Assembly: GCA_963705305.1 (NCBI GenBank)
Contig: OY970067.1
Coordinates: forward strand, 5,152,001-5,216,000
Source of the DNA: an uncultured Methylomirabilota bacterium
GTDB lineage: Bacteria; Methylomirabilota; Methylomirabilia; Methylomirabilales; 2-02-FULL-66-22
DNA length: 64,000 bases
Direction of reading: 5' to 3'
Within the stretch, counting starts at the first letter, position 1; each line of letters starts with the position of its first letter. The notes beneath the pieces are model-generated. The model did no database searches and was not told the DNA's origin. It was given only the letters and a program-made list of their open reading frames with translations. The translations under genes were made by a program, and so were the position numbers. This document shows positions 48,694-58,459 of this stretch, in pieces.

Positions 48694-49629
48694 TCACCTA
48701 GCAACCTTGCCTCGCCTCCTGATGACATGGTCGATGATTACCACCAGGATGATGACGAAGCCGACAAAGAAGTCCTGAAAGCGGGCCGGAAGTCCCAAGA
48801 GGTTCACGCAGTTGCCGACCACGGCCATGACGATCCCGCCCAGGATCAAACCCAGGACGCTGCCCTCCCCTCCCGAGAAGGCAATGCCGCCAATGACGGC
48901 CACGGCGATGCCTTCCAGCGGCCACATCACGCCCAGGTCGGCGTCGGCGGCGTTCAGGCGCGCGATGTAGACCAGCCCGGCCAGTCCGGCCAGCAAGCCC
49001 GAGAGTGCGTAGATCTGGATGAGGTTCCGGTCCACCGATAGGCCCGAGAAGCGGGCGGCCTCGGTGTTGGTCCCCACGGCGTACGTCACCCGGCCGAAGG
49101 TCGTCTTGGTCAGAATCAGGTGCAGGAGGCCGATAACCGCGGCGGTGAGGAGCACCGGCATGGGGATGGGGCCCACGAAGCTCTTTCCCAGCCAGGTGAA
49201 GCTCCGAGGGAAGCTATGGATGGAGGTGCCCTGCGTGTAGGTCATGGCCAGCCCACGCGCGATGTACATCATGCTGAAGGTCATGATGAAAAAGGGGAGC
49301 CTGAATTTGGCGATCATCACCCCGTTCAACAGGCCGCCCAGGGCCCCGCCGGCCAGCCCGACCAGGATCCCGCAGAACACGTACTCCCGGACGATCAGGC
49401 TGGCCGCCAGGCAGGAGGAGAGCGCAGCCAGGGAGCCGATGGAGAGATCCAGGCCCGCCACCAGCATGCTCAGGGACACGCCAGAGGCGATGAGGGCCAG
49501 GAGGAAAGCCTGGCGGAGCAGATTGATCAGGTTGGGCTCTGTCCCGAAGCGCGGGACGAAGACCCAAGCCACCGTGAGAATGAGGATCACCGCCATCAAG
49601 CGGAAGAGGGCGCGCCCAGAGAGCTTCAT
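48694..49629 (-). CDS. Sugar ABC transporter permease (RbsC-like)
   Basis: GLDLSIG, PFFIMT, T.FGR..YAVG.N.EAARFSG, IA.AVIGG. Confidence 0.93.
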   Translation of the reverse strand: MKLSGRALFRLMAVILILTVAWVFVPRFGTEPNLINLLRQAFLLALIASGVSLSMLVAGLDLSIGSLAALSSCLAASLIVREYVFCGILVGLAGGALGGLLNGVMIAKFRLPFFIMTFSMMYIARGLAMTYTQGTSIHSFPRSFTWLGKSFVGPIPMPVLLTAAVIGLLHLILTKTTFGRVTYAVGTNTEAARFSGLSVDRNLIQIYALSGLLAGLAGLVYIARLNAADADLGVMWPLEGIAVAVIGGIAFSGGEGSVLGLILGGIVMAVVGNCVNLLGLPARFQDFFVGFVIILVVIIDHVIRRRGKVAR

Positions 49630-50628
49630 TCAGGCCTTCGAAGCGTTCGCCGGCGACCCGACGAGGCGCCGCTTGAGGTTGCGGATGACTTGGTAGAGGC
49701 TCTGGTTCTCGGCAACGTAGGCCAGGATGAGGATCAAGCCCATCAAGACGAGCTGGAGATAGAGGTTGACCCCCGCCATGTCGAGCCCGTTCCGCATGGT
49801 GGCGATGAGGGTGACGCCGACGAGCGTTTGCGCAACCCCGCCTTTGCCACCCAGCAACGAGGTTCCCCCCACGACCACGGCCGCGATGGAATCGAATTCA
49901 TAGCCGATGGTGTCGATAGCCTGGGCGGCGTTCGAGCGGGCCAGGAACAGGATGCCCGCCAGCCCGGCCATGAAACCACAGAAGGTATACACCAAGGTCT
50001 TTATGAGGGTCACCCGGATGCCCGAGAGTCGCGCCGCTCCCTCGTTGCCGCCGATGGCGTAGATGGCGATGCCGTATGGCGTGCTTTTGAGAAACCCGTG
50101 AAGGACAAGGAAGGCTGCCGCCACCAGAAGAAGCGGGACCGGCAGGCCCAAAATCACTCCATCGTGCAATACCCGTAGTGTCTGCGGGAAACCGGTCAAG
50201 ACCCGCTCTTCGGTAATGATCAATGCCGCGCCCAAGGCCATGCCCCACATGCCGAACGTGGGCACGAAGGGGTTGATCCCAAGGAGACTGTGGACCGATC
50301 CATTGCAGAGCCCGCAGAGCATGGCCACGCCCAGGCCGACCAGCGCGGCTAGAACCGGCGCCAGATGCAGCTTGAGCATCAGGAGGGCGGTCACACAGGA
50401 GGTCAGGCCCATGACGGCGCCCACGGAAAGGTCGATACCGGCCAGAAGAATGACGAACGTCTGGCCAAACGCCACCAGTGCGAGGACGCTGCCCTGCCGG
50501 ACGACATTCACCGCGTTGGAAAGGGAGAAGAAGTTCTTCGAGAGCAGTGAGAAGAAGCCGATCATGCCCAGGGTGATGACGATCGGCCCGGAGCATGCCA
50601 ACCGCAGCCTGCCCGCCTGGCGCGACAT
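49630..50628 (-). CDS. Sugar ABC transporter permease (RbsC-like)
   Basis: GIDLSVG, YAIGGNE.AARLSG, YE.DSIAAVVVGGTSL.GG.G. Confidence 0.93.
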   Translation of the reverse strand: MSRQAGRLRLACSGPIVITLGMIGFFSLLSKNFFSLSNAVNVVRQGSVLALVAFGQTFVILLAGIDLSVGAVMGLTSCVTALLMLKLHLAPVLAALVGLGVAMLCGLCNGSVHSLLGINPFVPTFGMWGMALGAALIITEERVLTGFPQTLRVLHDGVILGLPVPLLLVAAAFLVLHGFLKSTPYGIAIYAIGGNEGAARLSGIRVTLIKTLVYTFCGFMAGLAGILFLARSNAAQAIDTIGYEFDSIAAVVVGGTSLLGGKGGVAQTLVGVTLIATMRNGLDMAGVNLYLQLVLMGLILILAYVAENQSLYQVIRNLKRRLVGSPANASKA

Positions 50629-50634
50629 GGCAGC

Positions 50635-52126
50635 TTACCCTCCCACCGCGCACTTCATAATGCGCTCCTGATTTGCCTCCTGGTGGGCGAACTCGCCGGC
50701 GATCTTCCCATCGCACATGACGTAAATGCGGTCGCTCATCCCCAGGATCTCCGGCATTTCCGAAGAGATCATCACAATCGGGGTGCCCTGAGCCACCAGG
50801 TCGTCCATGAGGCGGTGGATCTCCAGCTTGGCGCCGACGTCGATACCGCGAGTCGGCTCGTCCAGGATGAACAGCTTCGCCTGCGTCGCCAGCCACTTGG
50901 CCAATACCACCTTCTGCTGGTTGCCGCCGGACAGGTATTGAACCAGCTGGCTCAGACTCGGGGTTTGAATTCGTAAGCGGGTGACAAAGTCCTGTGCAAC
51001 CGCCCGTTCCGTTGCCGCGTCGATCCATCCCCGGGGAAAGAGGCGCTTAGCGGCGGCCAGGATGATGTTGTCCGAGACCGGCCGAATCTGGAACAAACCC
51101 AAGGACTTGCGGTCCTCGGTCACGAAGGCCAGACCCAGTTTTGCGCCGGCCACCGGTGAATCGATGCTCACGGGGCTCCCGAAGAAGCGGATCTCGCCCG
51201 ATTCTGGCCGATCGATGCCGAAGATGATCCGGGCCAAGGCGGTCCGCCCCGAGCCGACCAGCCCGGCCAGACCTACGATCTCACCGCGACGAACGGTGAG
51301 GCAGAACGTCCTCGAGAACTCCCGGCAGGGAGACATGTCTCAGTTCGAGGGCCACCTCCCCCGGCGGCTGGCGACGGCGCGGGAACTGATCGGTGATCTC
51401 CCGCCCCACCATCATCCGGATCAGCTCGTCGATGCGCGCCTTGGCCACGGGAACCGTCCCGATCCGGTGACCATCCCGCAGCACCGTAACCCGGTCGCCG
51501 ATCTGCTGGATCTCCTCGAGGCGGTGCGAGATATAAATGATGCCGATGCCCTTGGTCTTGAGGAGGCGGATCATCTTGAAGAGGGCATCGGTCTCTTTCT
51601 CAGCCAACGTATCGGTGGGCTCGTCGAAGATAACAATGCGCGCCGCCATGGATAGAGCCTTCGCGACCTCCACCATCTGCTGCTCGGGGACCGACAGGGA
51701 TTTGACTTGGGCGTCCGGGTCGATGCGCTGCCCCAGGGAGGCGAGGATTTCCACCGTTCGCGCACGGGCAGCCTTTTTGTTCACACACAGCCCCCCCCTA
51801 CGCCGCGGCTCGCGTCCCAGATAGACGTTCTGGGCCACGGTCAACTCGGGCAGGAGGTTCATCTCTTGGTAAATCGTGGCCACACCCAACCGCTGGGCGG
51901 CGCGAACCGAGTCGATGGTGACTTGCTCGCCCGAGAGGATGAAGCGACCCCCGTCTTTCGGGTAGACGCCCGAGAGGAGCTTGATCAAAGTGGACTTGCC
52001 TGCCCCGTTCTCTCCGATGAGGACGTGAACCTCGCCCGGGTACAAATCGAAGTCGACCTTGCTCAGGGCGGTCACGCCGGGAAAGGACTTGGAGACACTC
52101 TCGACTTTCAGGAGCGGATCAGCCAT
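50635..52126 (-). CDS. Sugar ABC transporter ATPase (RbsA-like; 1-nt frameshift near 51305)
   Basis: GENGAGKST, DEPT, ISHRL.E; second half GLVGSGRT, LSGGNQQK, DEPTRGIDVGAK. Removing one base gives LEDVCLTVRRGE. Confidence 0.92.
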
Positions 52127-52206
52127 GGACGCTCTCGACGGCGGCTCGAGCGACTCGTCAGTCGCCCCCGCCTGGCGGGGCGGTGGGCGGATGCACTGCA
52201 CGAAAG

Positions 52207-52412
52207 AATTTAAATATAATTTAAATTGATCGAAAACCGTGTCAAGGGGAAAAATCACTCCTCCTGGATGGTGGCCGGCCTCGATTCCCCTAAAGCCTTT
52301 GTTTAAACGGGATATGCGGGAATTTCTTTGGCCAGAGCCACGCCTGCGAGGCTTCGCACCCTTTGGCCGCGCCTTCATTCCCCTTGACAGGATTGAAATT
52401 GAATTTAAATTA
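52207..52412. promoter_or_regulatory. Divergent sigma70 promoters sharing an AATTTAAATTA box
   Basis: Minus strand: TTGACA(52245-52240)..aatttaaattatatttaaatt. Plus strand: TTGACA(52384-52389)..aatttaaatta. The box is at the same offset in both. Confidence 0.6.
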
Positions 52413-52550
52413 CTTTCTGGAGGGAGGCTCACTCAGGCGGGCGTCCTCCCGGACAGTTTTGCGGTTCAGGGGGCCCATTCGGAAGGACAATCTGCCGGAC
52501 AAGCAACAGACTGACCCTGTTCCAGATCAAGGGTACCCGCAGAGGATGCG

Positions 52551-53120
52551 ATGACCAGCCATATTCCGGGTGTTGGGAAGAGGATCCGCGAGATACGCAA
52601 GAGCAGGCGATTGACACTGAAGGCGGTCGCCGATTGCGCCAAGGTCACGCCGAGTCTCATCAGCCAGCTGGAACGCGGAAAGGCAAACCCTTCCCTCGGC
52701 GTGCTCAACCTGATTGCAGGGTGTCTGGAGGTGGGTGTCGCGTCCCTGCTCGAATCGCACGAGCAGGGCGGCATTCGGTCGCCGGTCTTGCACAAGAAAG
52801 ATCGCAAGACACTCCTGACCGAGAACGGAAGACTGCAGCTCTTGTCAAAGCAGTATGACTTGAACTGTGAGTTCGTCCTGAACGAGTGGACGCCGAGCAG
52901 GCCGAGCGGTCGTGAGAAGGTCACTCACGTCGGGGTGGAGTGCGGATATGTTATTCAGGGGAAATTGACGGTGGAATTGGGGGAGGAAATATATACCCTG
53001 GTCGCCGGCGATAGCATCACATTTCCATCGACAGTCCCCCATCGATTGTTTAATCCCGGTCCCTATACCACGGTCGCCGTCTGGGTGAATTCCATCCCCT
53101 GGCTCTTCAGCAACAAGTGA
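52551..53120 (+). CDS. XRE-family HTH regulator with cupin sensor domain
   Basis: IREIRK...TLK.VA, SLISQLERGKANPS; H.G.E..YV.QG, GDSITF...PH. Confidence 0.93.
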   Translation: MTSHIPGVGKRIREIRKSRRLTLKAVADCAKVTPSLISQLERGKANPSLGVLNLIAGCLEVGVASLLESHEQGGIRSPVLHKKDRKTLLTENGRLQLLSKQYDLNCEFVLNEWTPSRPSGREKVTHVGVECGYVIQGKLTVELGEEIYTLVAGDSITFPSTVPHRLFNPGPYTTVAVWVNSIPWLFSNK

Positions 53121-53223
53121 TGAATCCCGCGTGCCGCCATGGCGGTCTGCTGGCACATCAGGCAGCCCCCGGGATGCCGGGGGTTGCCTTGGATGGCGGC
53201 GCCGGCCTGCAGGTCCCGACGCC

Positions 53224-53955
53224 TCAGACGGGCGCGACCCTGCCAAGCTCGTCGATTTGCCGTTCCACACTCTCGGGCTCTTCCTCCCGCCGGCCGCCCA
53301 CCCCCTGATCGAATGCATGGAGGATCCCGATCATGCGGTGGAATGGGACGCCCACGAGGAGCTGGTCCTCGGCAAAGCCCGCCAGTCGCCGGGCGCCAAA
53401 ATCGAGGAGAGACAGCCCGATCTCCCCGGTGACAACCGGGTAGGCAACCCCCGTCCGGCAGGCCGGGCCCGACAGCTCGGCCTTCATGGAGCGGCCGTCC
53501 CAGTAGCCTGCAAAGCCCAGGAGATGGTGGAGCGATCCGGGCCTCCCCACGAAGATCACCAGGTCCGGGAGGACCTCCGTCCGCGAGAGGGGCGCGAAGA
53601 CGACGTGGCTTGCCATACCCGCCGGGGGCGGGACCGTTTGCTGCCCGCGGTGAATGGCCACCCGCGAGCAGTAGACCTTCTCCTTGTGCACGAGGAAGTC
53701 CACCAGCTTCTCCCGCCCCTGAGGAGGCATCTGCCCGAGGCCGAGGCTCACCAGGCCCCCCGGACAGCCGCAGGTCTCCGCGGTGATGGTGACGTCTTCG
53801 CCCTCGCTGGCTTTCTTCAGGGCCTGGCAGACGGACACCTTTCCCTGAGGGGCGCTGGTCCCCGGCGCCGGGGCGCCTGCGAAGGTTACCGCGACGGGAT
53901 CCGTGCCAAGGTTCAGCTCTCGCTTCAGCCTGGGAGACCACTGTTGCCAATACAT
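53224..53955 (-). CDS. DUF169 family protein
   Basis: PVAV.F, SVCQA, CPGG...LG, PL...PDLVI, AC, SL.D.G.R. Confidence 0.8.
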   Translation of the reverse strand: MYWQQWSPRLKRELNLGTDPVAVTFAGAPAPGTSAPQGKVSVCQALKKASEGEDVTITAETCGCPGGLVSLGLGQMPPQGREKLVDFLVHKEKVYCSRVAIHRGQQTVPPPAGMASHVVFAPLSRTEVLPDLVIFVGRPGSLHHLLGFAGYWDGRSMKAELSGPACRTGVAYPVVTGEIGLSLLDFGARRLAGFAEDQLLVGVPFHRMIGILHAFDQGVGGRREEEPESVERQIDELGRVAPV

Positions 53956-53991
53956 GTTCGCCCTCCTTTCCACTCGCCCTCCCGGCCCCCG

Positions 53992-55203
53992 TCACTCGCC
54001 GGCCCGGGCCCCCCCGGCCGTCGCGAGGGCCAGGAATTCGTCATCGGTGAGCGGCCGGTGATGCGCGATGCCCGCGCGCTGGCAGGCCAGGAGGATCTGG
54101 CCCATCTGCTCGGGGGAGGCGGTCAGGCCGTACTCGGCCAGCTTCTTGGCCACCGCGCCCAGGTCGCTCCACTTCCCCACCACCACCCGGGGTGAGCGGC
54201 CAACCACCTCGGGCTCGAAGGGGAAGACGACCGGGCGGGCGCCCGCGGCCTCCATGGCGCTCCCGGTGCCCCACTGCTCCACGCTGAAGGCTCCCTTCCC
54301 CGTGATGGGCTTGAAATAATCCACAGGGATCCCGCTGATCTCCTCGACGAGGCGGCTCAACCAGGGCAAGAGGTCGAGGCGGATGCCGGTGTCCACCCCG
54401 TAGAGGATTTCCAGCGCCATGGCCACCTCGTCCAGGGGGGCATTTCCGGCGCGGTACCCCAGCCCGTTGACCGCCACGTTGAGGCCGGTGGCGCCCGCCT
54501 CGTAGGCCGCCAGGACATTGGCCGTCGAGAGGCCGAAGTCGTTGTGGCAGTGGACGTCCACTTCCAGTCCGCTCCACTCGCGGACCTGGCGCACGAGGAA
54601 CCCGACCGCACCGGGCCGCGCCACGCCGTAGCTGTCCACAACGGTGACGGCCGACGCCCCCGCCTCCTTGCCCACCCGGACCGTCTCCTTAAGCTGGTCG
54701 AGGGGGGCGCGAGTGCCCTCCACGATGAACAGGTTCACCTTGCAGCCCGCCTTCCGCGCGGCGGCAATCTGTTGCGCCGCCTCCTCCACGAGCTCGGCGC
54801 GGGAGCGGCGCAGGTGGTGCCGCTGGTGCTCTTCCAGGATCCGGTACCAGACCATGACGTGCCGCACCCCCAGCTCGAGCACCCGCTCGACCCGCCCGGG
54901 GTGCCAGGTCACGTAGAGGTCCAGAGGGAGCCTGCGGCGCAGAATGGCGCGCACGGCTTCCAGCCATCCCGGGACGGTCAGGAACAATTCCATCCGCTTG
55001 AGGCCCACCCTGGCCAGCGCCTCCGCGATGGACACCTTGTCCTCGACTGTGAACGCCACGTCGGCGCACTCCTCCCCATCCCGTACGGTGATATCGTGCA
55101 GCTCGACGGGCCGAGGCGGAACCCGGATGCTCGGATCGAAGTTGTGCGGGCTGCAGAACCACTCAGCGGTTCGCCATGGGGCAGACTGCGCCTCTCTCGC
55201 CAT
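53992..55203 (-). CDS. LeuA/homocitrate-synthase-like (DRE-TIM, HMGL-like) enzyme
   Basis: DITVRDGEE, DSYG...P, HCHNDFG..TAN, NGLG.R.GN..L.E, KP..G..AF, VVGKWS. Confidence 0.85.
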   Translation of the reverse strand: MAREAQSAPWRTAEWFCSPHNFDPSIRVPPRPVELHDITVRDGEECADVAFTVEDKVSIAEALARVGLKRMELFLTVPGWLEAVRAILRRRLPLDLYVTWHPGRVERVLELGVRHVMVWYRILEEHQRHHLRRSRAELVEEAAQQIAAARKAGCKVNLFIVEGTRAPLDQLKETVRVGKEAGASAVTVVDSYGVARPGAVGFLVRQVREWSGLEVDVHCHNDFGLSTANVLAAYEAGATGLNVAVNGLGYRAGNAPLDEVAMALEILYGVDTGIRLDLLPWLSRLVEEISGIPVDYFKPITGKGAFSVEQWGTGSAMEAAGARPVVFPFEPEVVGRSPRVVVGKWSDLGAVAKKLAEYGLTASPEQMGQILLACQRAGIAHHRPLTDDEFLALATAGGARAGE

Positions 55204-55421
55204 GTCTCTTACCTCCGTCTCCAGTCTGAAGGACACACGTGCATCGATTCCTCACTGTCAAGCCACACATCGGGTGGACCGGTGCGTGGCGCCGTCGCCG
55301 TCAGCCTCCCCCGCAGTCCCCCTTTTCTTGGTCAGATACTCGATGCGCGGGATTTGCCTTCTCGGATGGCCCCGCGGCAAAGAATAGCGCAAGCCGGCTC
55401 GCGGCGCCACGCTCCCTTCCT

Positions 55422-56186
55422 TCAATGGGCGGCCAGCAGGGTCCCCAGGGGATGCAGCAGCGGCTGCAATGCCTTCAGCGCAAGGAGGCCGGCCGCATCG
55501 ATCGTCAGGTGGGCGACGATGGCCGGCCAGAGGCTCCCGCACCAGACCACCAGGGCCCCCAGGGCGAGTCCGGCCGTGGTCGTTTGGAGGAGGCCTAGGG
55601 CGCCCTGGTAGCCGTGGCCCGCCCCAAAGCAGAGTGCCGTGATCCCCACGGCGAGCCCGTCGCGGCGCCAGGCGGCACCGGAGGTCTCCGGAACCGGCAG
55701 CGCCGCCCGCACTCGGCCGAGCAGGAAGCCTCGAAAGACCACTTCCTCCCAGACGGCGGCGAAAGCGGCCAGCGGCAGGATCGCAGCCATCGGGAGATCC
55801 GCGAGGGTCCCAAGCCAGGCCAGCCGGCCCGCCACCACCCCCGCGAGATTGCCGTGCAGGGCAAGGTACCCGGCACTGAGGAACAGGTTCGCCGCATACG
55901 CCCCCCCGACACCCAGGAGGCCCCAGCCGATCGCCGCCCACACCGGCTGCCGCTGGAGGCCGAGTGAGGTCCGCCACGAGACGTCGCGCCGGAGAAAGAA
56001 GCCCACCGCGAGGAGCATGATGGAGCCAAGGAGGAGCGCTGAAAGCAGCGGCTCCGCAAGACGATCCAGCCCACCGCCGAGCAGGAGCCCGCCTCCGTAG
56101 ACGAGGCTGTAGAAGAGCGCCAGGAGCGTTCCGGCCTGGCGCCCCGCCGCGGGGGCCGAGAGACAGGCTGGAAAGGGAATTGGCAT
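55422..56186 (-). CDS. CPBP/Abi (CAAX-like) intramembrane metalloprotease
   Basis: EEVVFRG, FGAGH.YQG, AH...D. Confidence 0.88.
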   Translation of the reverse strand: MPIPFPACLSAPAAGRQAGTLLALFYSLVYGGGLLLGGGLDRLAEPLLSALLLGSIMLLAVGFFLRRDVSWRTSLGLQRQPVWAAIGWGLLGVGGAYAANLFLSAGYLALHGNLAGVVAGRLAWLGTLADLPMAAILPLAAFAAVWEEVVFRGFLLGRVRAALPVPETSGAAWRRDGLAVGITALCFGAGHGYQGALGLLQTTTAGLALGALVVWCGSLWPAIVAHLTIDAAGLLALKALQPLLHPLGTLLAAH

Positions 56187-56397
56187 GCGGTCAGTATACT
56201 CCCGCTACCTGGACACAGACAGCAGCCTTTTTCAGCCGGCCCACCCTGGCGCTCGGAGTGGAGGCTCCGGGCGAGAGCCCGTGACGATTATATGAGGTTG
56301 CCGCATCCCCGTCCCCCAAATTACTGGCGCCCTGCCGGACCCGCGTGCTATACATGGCAGCGCTCCGTATCCCACGAAGCATCCCCGGGGGACCCCT

Positions 56398-57291
56398 GTG
56401 GCCCGTACGTATGCGCTTCTCCTGCTCACGACCGTTTTCTGGGGGGGCACGGCGGTCGCCGGCAAGCTCCTCATCCAGGACGTCCCGCCGCTCACCGCGG
56501 GCGTCCTGCGCTACGGGATCACCGCCCTCCTCCTGCTTTTGCTCTTCCGGAGCCAGCTGCCCTCCGCCTGGTCCCTGCGGAGCGAGGACCGGTGGCTGCT
56601 CTTCTGGATCGGGATCTTCGGCACGTTCCTGAATCACGCGTTTTTCTTCCTGGCGTTGTCCTACGCTCCCGCCACCCACGGCGCCCTCATCCCCTCCACC
56701 ACCAGCCCGGTCTGGACGATCCTGCTGGCCGCTCGCCGTGGGCAGGAGCGTATTTCCCGGATCCAGATGGTGGGGATGGCGCTGTGCATGGTGGGCGTCG
56801 TCCTGGTGGTCCATCCGGCGCGCTTGCTGACGGGAAAGGGGCTCGGCGTTCTCCTGGGCGACGGCCTCTTCATCATCGGCGGGGTGGCCTGGGGGGTCTA
56901 CTCGTACCTTTCCGCCGTGGCGATGCGGCGCCTCAACCCTGTCACGACCCTGGCCTTCGGGATGGTGGTCGGCACCCTTTTCTTGATCCCGACTGCACTG
57001 ATCGAACGACCCTGGGCCACGGTCCGCTTGGCCCACCCCTCTGCCTGGATCGCCCTGCCGGTCCTGATCGTCGCCTGCACGCTGGTTGCCTACCTCTGGT
57101 GGAACGTCGCCCTCTCCCGAGTCGGTGCCGGCCGGACCGCCATCTTCACCAACCTGGTGCCGCTATTCGGTGTGCTCCTCTCCTGGCTTCTCCTCGGGGA
57201 ACGCCTCGAGCCGATCCAACTCGCGGGCGGATTCCTCGCCGTGGCCGGCGTGGTCGCCTGCCAGCAGCCGGCCCAGCGGATGCCGCGGTAG
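56398..57291 (+). CDS. EamA/DMT transporter
   Basis: Two EamA repeats (FWGG...GK, P..T.LLA...E; NLVPLFG.L...LLGE). Confidence 0.92.
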   Translation: MARTYALLLLTTVFWGGTAVAGKLLIQDVPPLTAGVLRYGITALLLLLLFRSQLPSAWSLRSEDRWLLFWIGIFGTFLNHAFFFLALSYAPATHGALIPSTTSPVWTILLAARRGQERISRIQMVGMALCMVGVVLVVHPARLLTGKGLGVLLGDGLFIIGGVAWGVYSYLSAVAMRRLNPVTTLAFGMVVGTLFLIPTALIERPWATVRLAHPSAWIALPVLIVACTLVAYLWWNVALSRVGAGRTAIFTNLVPLFGVLLSWLLLGERLEPIQLAGGFLAVAGVVACQQPAQRMPR

Positions 57292-57454
57292 TTCCACCGC
57301 ACCGGTGGTGCGGCCGGGCAATGCAGCCGCAATCCCCCTCGTCTTCGATGCCTGCCGTGGGTGCTCCTTCTCCATCGCGCACCTGCTGGCCGGTTGGAAT
57401 CCAGGTAAAAAGCACTTGACAATGGGTCGGAGGATGGGATACGTGACCCCAGGA

Positions 57455-57776
57455 ATGCGTACCCGAGTAACACAAGGCACAGCCAGCCGATATTTCATCC
57501 AGTCCCTTGCGCATGGCCTGAGGGGTCTGGAGTGCCTGGGCCAAGCCCCGGAGGCGTCCGCGCTCGGGGATCTCGCCCGCCAGTCGGGAACGACGAAGGT
57601 CTCGGCCTAATGCCACCTGGGACCCTTACCTCGGGAAGGGGAAATCGATTGCAGCCATTGAGGTCCTCGCGCCACCTGTCCGCACGAGCCTGAAGGCGCT
57701 CGTGGAGAGATTTGTCCCGGCTTTCAAGAAGGCGAGCCGGGAAATCACGGATATCCTCGGGACCCGGAGCGGATAG
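57455..57776 (+). pseudogene. IclR/PcaR-family regulator remnant with internal deletion
   Basis: N-terminal YFIQSLAHGL..LE.L...LAR..G.TK stops at TAA 57608. A short distance later, in another frame, the IclR C-terminus GKSIAAIEV.AP..R.....L.ERFVP..KKASREI ends at 57776. Confidence 0.7.
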
Positions 57777-57796
57777 CGGGAATCGGAGGGAATCTT

Positions 57797-58459
57797 GTGG
57801 TGAGGCGAGTCGGAGCGGAAGAGGCGGTAGGGCTCCTCCTGAAGGATGGCATGACCCTCATGGTCGGCGGATTCGGGCTGGTCGGCGCGCCGCTGACCTT
57901 GATCGGGGCTCTGAATGCGAGCGCACGCAGGGATCTCACCATTATCAGTAACAATCTGGGAGAGCCTGGGAAGGCGCTTGGCCAAACGCTCCGGCTGGGG
58001 AAGGTGCGCCGCGCGATCGGGTCGTTCTTCACAAGTAACCCCGACGTGGCGGAGGCCCGAGCGCAAGGAAGGATCGAGGTCACGCTCATCCCCCAGGGAA
58101 CGTTCTCCGAGGCGATCCGGGCCGGAGGGGCGGGACTCGGCGGCTTCTACACTCCCACGGGGGTCGGGACTCTCCTGGCGGAAGGAAAAGAGGTCCGCGA
58201 GATCAACGGCAAGATCTACCTGCTCCAGGAACCCCTGCGGGCGGACGTGGCGCTGGTGCGCGCCCATAAGGCGGACCGGCTCGGCAATTTGGTGTACTAC
58301 AAGACGGCCCGCAATTTCAACCCGATGATGGCCACCGCCGCAGACGTGGTGATTGCGGAGGTGGATGAGGTCGTGGACGTGGGCCGGCTGGACCCCGAGG
58401 CCATTGCGACCCCCCACCTGTATGTGGATTACCTTGTCCTGGCCAAGGAGAAAATATGA
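57797..58459 (+). CDS. 3-oxoacid CoA-transferase subunit A (PcaI/AtoD-like)
   Basis: MVGGFG..G.P, ISNN.G, PQGT..E.IRAGGAG, TARNFNP.MA. Confidence 0.92.
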   Translation: MVRRVGAEEAVGLLLKDGMTLMVGGFGLVGAPLTLIGALNASARRDLTIISNNLGEPGKALGQTLRLGKVRRAIGSFFTSNPDVAEARAQGRIEVTLIPQGTFSEAIRAGGAGLGGFYTPTGVGTLLAEGKEVREINGKIYLLQEPLRADVALVRAHKADRLGNLVYYKTARNFNPMMATAADVVIAEVDEVVDVGRLDPEAIATPHLYVDYLVLAKEKI

